A stretch of 35,228 nt of DNA from an uncultured archaeon. GTDB taxonomy: Archaea > Aenigmatarchaeota > Aenigmatarchaeia > Aenigmatarchaeales > Aenigmatarchaeaceae. This document shows, piece by piece, positions 33,438 to 35,228 of the stretch. Each line of letters opens with the position of its first letter. The first letter of the stretch is position 1. The stretch lies in assembly GCA_964421545.1 (NCBI GenBank), contig CAYQXC010000001.1, positions 1 through 35,228 on the forward strand, given 5' to 3'. The position numbers were made by a program, and so were the translations under genes. Below the pieces are notes generated by a model. That model worked only from the letters and a program-made list of their open reading frames with translations. It was not told the origin of the DNA and ran no database searches.

Positions 33438-35228
33438 TTATAATTCAAATCTTACCGTTGCTATCTTGCTTGTCTCATTGTAACTCCAAGAAGGAACTGA
33501 AGAAAGAGTGTCATCATAGGCTATGGACGTCTCATTAATCTTTATACTTGATGGTCTATATCCAATATAAACTTGGGCTGTTTGACTCCCAGTCCCATTG
33601 AAAATAAATGAAATTTTGTTTTCAGACGAGTAGTCTGTTACATAGTTTATCATGTTCTCTATGCTAGAAGCAATATTAAGGGAAAGCAATCTTAGGAAGA
33701 AATTAGGAATAGACAAACCAAGAATGTTGTACTGAATATTGTATGTACCTGAGTTTATAGGTAGGTTATAGTTTCCTTCTGTGTCAGAATCATCTGAAAT
33801 CACAACATTGTCAGTGTCTTCATGATATATTACAATATTAGCATTAATTGGGTTGTTATTCTTATCAACAAGTCTGCCTATTATACTGTGGTCATAAGTT
33901 AAATTACTGTGAGCATCTACTCCGAACTTGATAAACTCTTCTGCTAGTGCTCCTCTGACATTGCCTGTTATGGCTGTTTCAGATGGGTCAAAACTATAAT
34001 GTTCCATGGAAAAGCCGTCAATTATAGTGTCTTGAAAAACCTCAAAAGCAACTTTCCAGAAAATCGCCTGCTCTTCTTGGTCCTGTATTGTTGTCATCGA
34101 ACCGAAGGGTCTCCAGAGGGAACCATCACCAACAACCGCTCCTAGATTAATCGCCAGAAGCGTGTCTGGTCCCTCCTGCCCCACCCAATTTTTAAAATCT
34201 TCATAAAAAACAGGTTTATCTACATGGGCACCTTCCCAATAGGCATGTCCCATGTGCCAACAAGCAGCCACATCCTCTTCTGTCGGGTCGTGGACAATAC
34301 CACCCTCACTTGCTGGCCTTGCGGGCGACAGGCGGTTCCAATTCAATATTATTAGAAAGTCTAGGTTCTGGAACCAGTCGTTGTTGTAGAGATGATTCAT
34401 AGATGCTGCATCATTTCCTGGTGTTGTTGCCGCATAGCCCACAAGCGGATTCCAACCGGGATTTACTGTTTGTGTGGAAATGTAACTCCTGACAGCGTCG
34501 AGAATTTCCTGCCAGTCATTGTTGTGAGTGCCGTCGTCGGGGCTCCACTGTTCCCACCCCAGACAAATGAGCTCTACGTCATGCTCGGCCGCTATTGCAA
34601 GCCTGTCTAAAATAAGCTGCTTTACAGTTCCAAAGTCGTCGCTCTCCGAAAAAGCTAATGTGAGCAAGACGCCAAACCCCTTCTCGTGGGCAACGTCTAT
34701 TCCACCTAAGATGTCATAACCTTCCCAGCCTGTTTTCCAGCGCAAGTCTATGTAGTTAAAATTAAGCCCGTTGTCTATCATTTTCTGTAATTGTTGGGCC
34801 ATGGCTTCTGAACCCCAATTTTTCGCAAATGGCCAAACCACCATTGACCTGATAGGCCAATACCTACCTGGGCTAATAGGAGCAGGCTGTATGGGAGGTC
34901 TTGTCTGCAGAACAATGTCTCCCAAGTCTATATTTCCATTTATATTGACATTGTAGAGCTTTGTTATTGAACCGACTGGGTATGTTGGATCTCCATAACC
35001 TGGTTTTATCAACTTTATTTCTGGTATAATTCCGTTTGGGGCTTCTGCCGAAAAGTGTCCTGTGCTGTTTGTATAGGTGTTCACATAATAAGTTCCAGTC
35101 TGCCAAGGCTCATTTGGAGGGGCTTCATCACCTATCCTCACACCAACATTTTGTAGGGCACTTCCTGAGCTGTTGACTACTCTTCCTTGGAGTATATAGG
35201 ATGACACGCCCCCGTAGATGTCTCCATA
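33438..35228 (-). CDS. Large extracellular protein: two carboxypeptidase-regulatory-like beta-sandwich domains flank a TIM-barrel glycoside-hydrolase-like core. The N-terminus probably lies outside the window.
   Basis: LQGRVVNSSGSALQNVGVRIGD.. and IIGRLVDKNNNPINANIVIY.. are CarboxypepD_reg-like. The central region has ..VELICLGWEQW.. and alternating beta/alpha motifs. The frame stays open to the window edge. Confidence 0.45.
   Translation of the reverse strand, partial: YGDIYGGVSSYILQGRVVNSSGSALQNVGVRIGDEAPPNEPWQTGTYYVNTYTNSTGHFSAEAPNGIIPEIKLIKPGYGDPTYPVGSITKLYNVNINGNIDLGDIVLQTRPPIQPAPISPGRYWPIRSMVVWPFAKNWGSEAMAQQLQKMIDNGLNFNYIDLRWKTGWEGYDILGGIDVAHEKGFGVLLTLAFSESDDFGTVKQLILDRLAIAAEHDVELICLGWEQWSPDDGTHNNDWQEILDAVRSYISTQTVNPGWNPLVGYAATTPGNDAASMNHLYNNDWFQNLDFLIILNWNRLSPARPASEGGIVHDPTEEDVAACWHMGHAYWEGAHVDKPVFYEDFKNWVGQEGPDTLLAINLGAVVGDGSLWRPFGSMTTIQDQEEQAIFWKVAFEVFQDTIIDGFSMEHYSFDPSETAITGNVRGALAEEFIKFGVDAHSNLTYDHSIIGRLVDKNNNPINANIVIYHEDTDNVVISDDSDTEGNYNLPINSGTYNIQYNILGLSIPNFFLRLLSLNIASSIENMINYVTDYSSENKISFIFNGTGSQTAQVYIGYRPSSIKINETSIAYDDTLSSVPSWSYNETSKIATVRFEL

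Noticed and set aside
1-35228. CRISPR arrays, IS elements, integrases and classic defence operons
   Set aside because: I found no spaced direct-repeat array, no transposase or integrase-like ORF and no terminal inverted repeats. The only notable repeat is the 21-bp tRNA-Leu duplicate.

Overview
This window looks like a chromosomal segment from a small-genome archaeon, probably DPANN-like. That placement rests on archaeal-specific r-proteins, intron-containing tRNAs, TATA-type promoters, compact overlapping genes and Lys-rich r-protein tails. Most of it is conserved information-processing synteny. The first block is the end of the spc-like cluster: uL15, SecY, Adk, a DUF106/YidC-like protein, eL34, eL14 and Cbf5. 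The second is the alpha-operon equivalent: tRNA-Ser, uS13, uS4, uS11, RpoD, tRNA-Leu, eL18, uL13, uS9, RpoN and tRNA-Pro. A uS15, RecJ/GAN-like, eS1 block follows, along with Taw1, Bud32, ValRS, aRF1, tRNA-Ile, tRNA-Ala and a probable SRP RNA. Small accessory insertions sit between these blocks, including surface glycoproteins, transporters, a methyltransferase cassette, a PHP/wHTH pair and small membrane proteins. The strongest non-obvious signals are listed here. (1) The 70-nt intron of tRNA-Ser has a canonical bulge-helix-bulge (BHB) splice motif and the full layout of a box C/D guide RNA. (2) tRNA-Leu is interrupted in both the D-arm and the anticodon region. (3) A perfect 21-bp duplicate of the tRNA-Leu 3' end brackets a single AT-rich methyltransferase gene, resembling an attL/attR scar. 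(4) An MTH1-like NUDIX gene has an in-frame TAG at the conserved Trp position. (5) A tiny protein combines a Lys-rich tail with a half SWIB domain. (6) aRF1 carries NVKN in place of NIKS. (7) A minus-strand surface-protein operon ends in tandem paralogous single-TM genes. I saw no CRISPR array, transposase or integrase. All calls come from reading the sequence and ORF translations by eye, and no searches were run.
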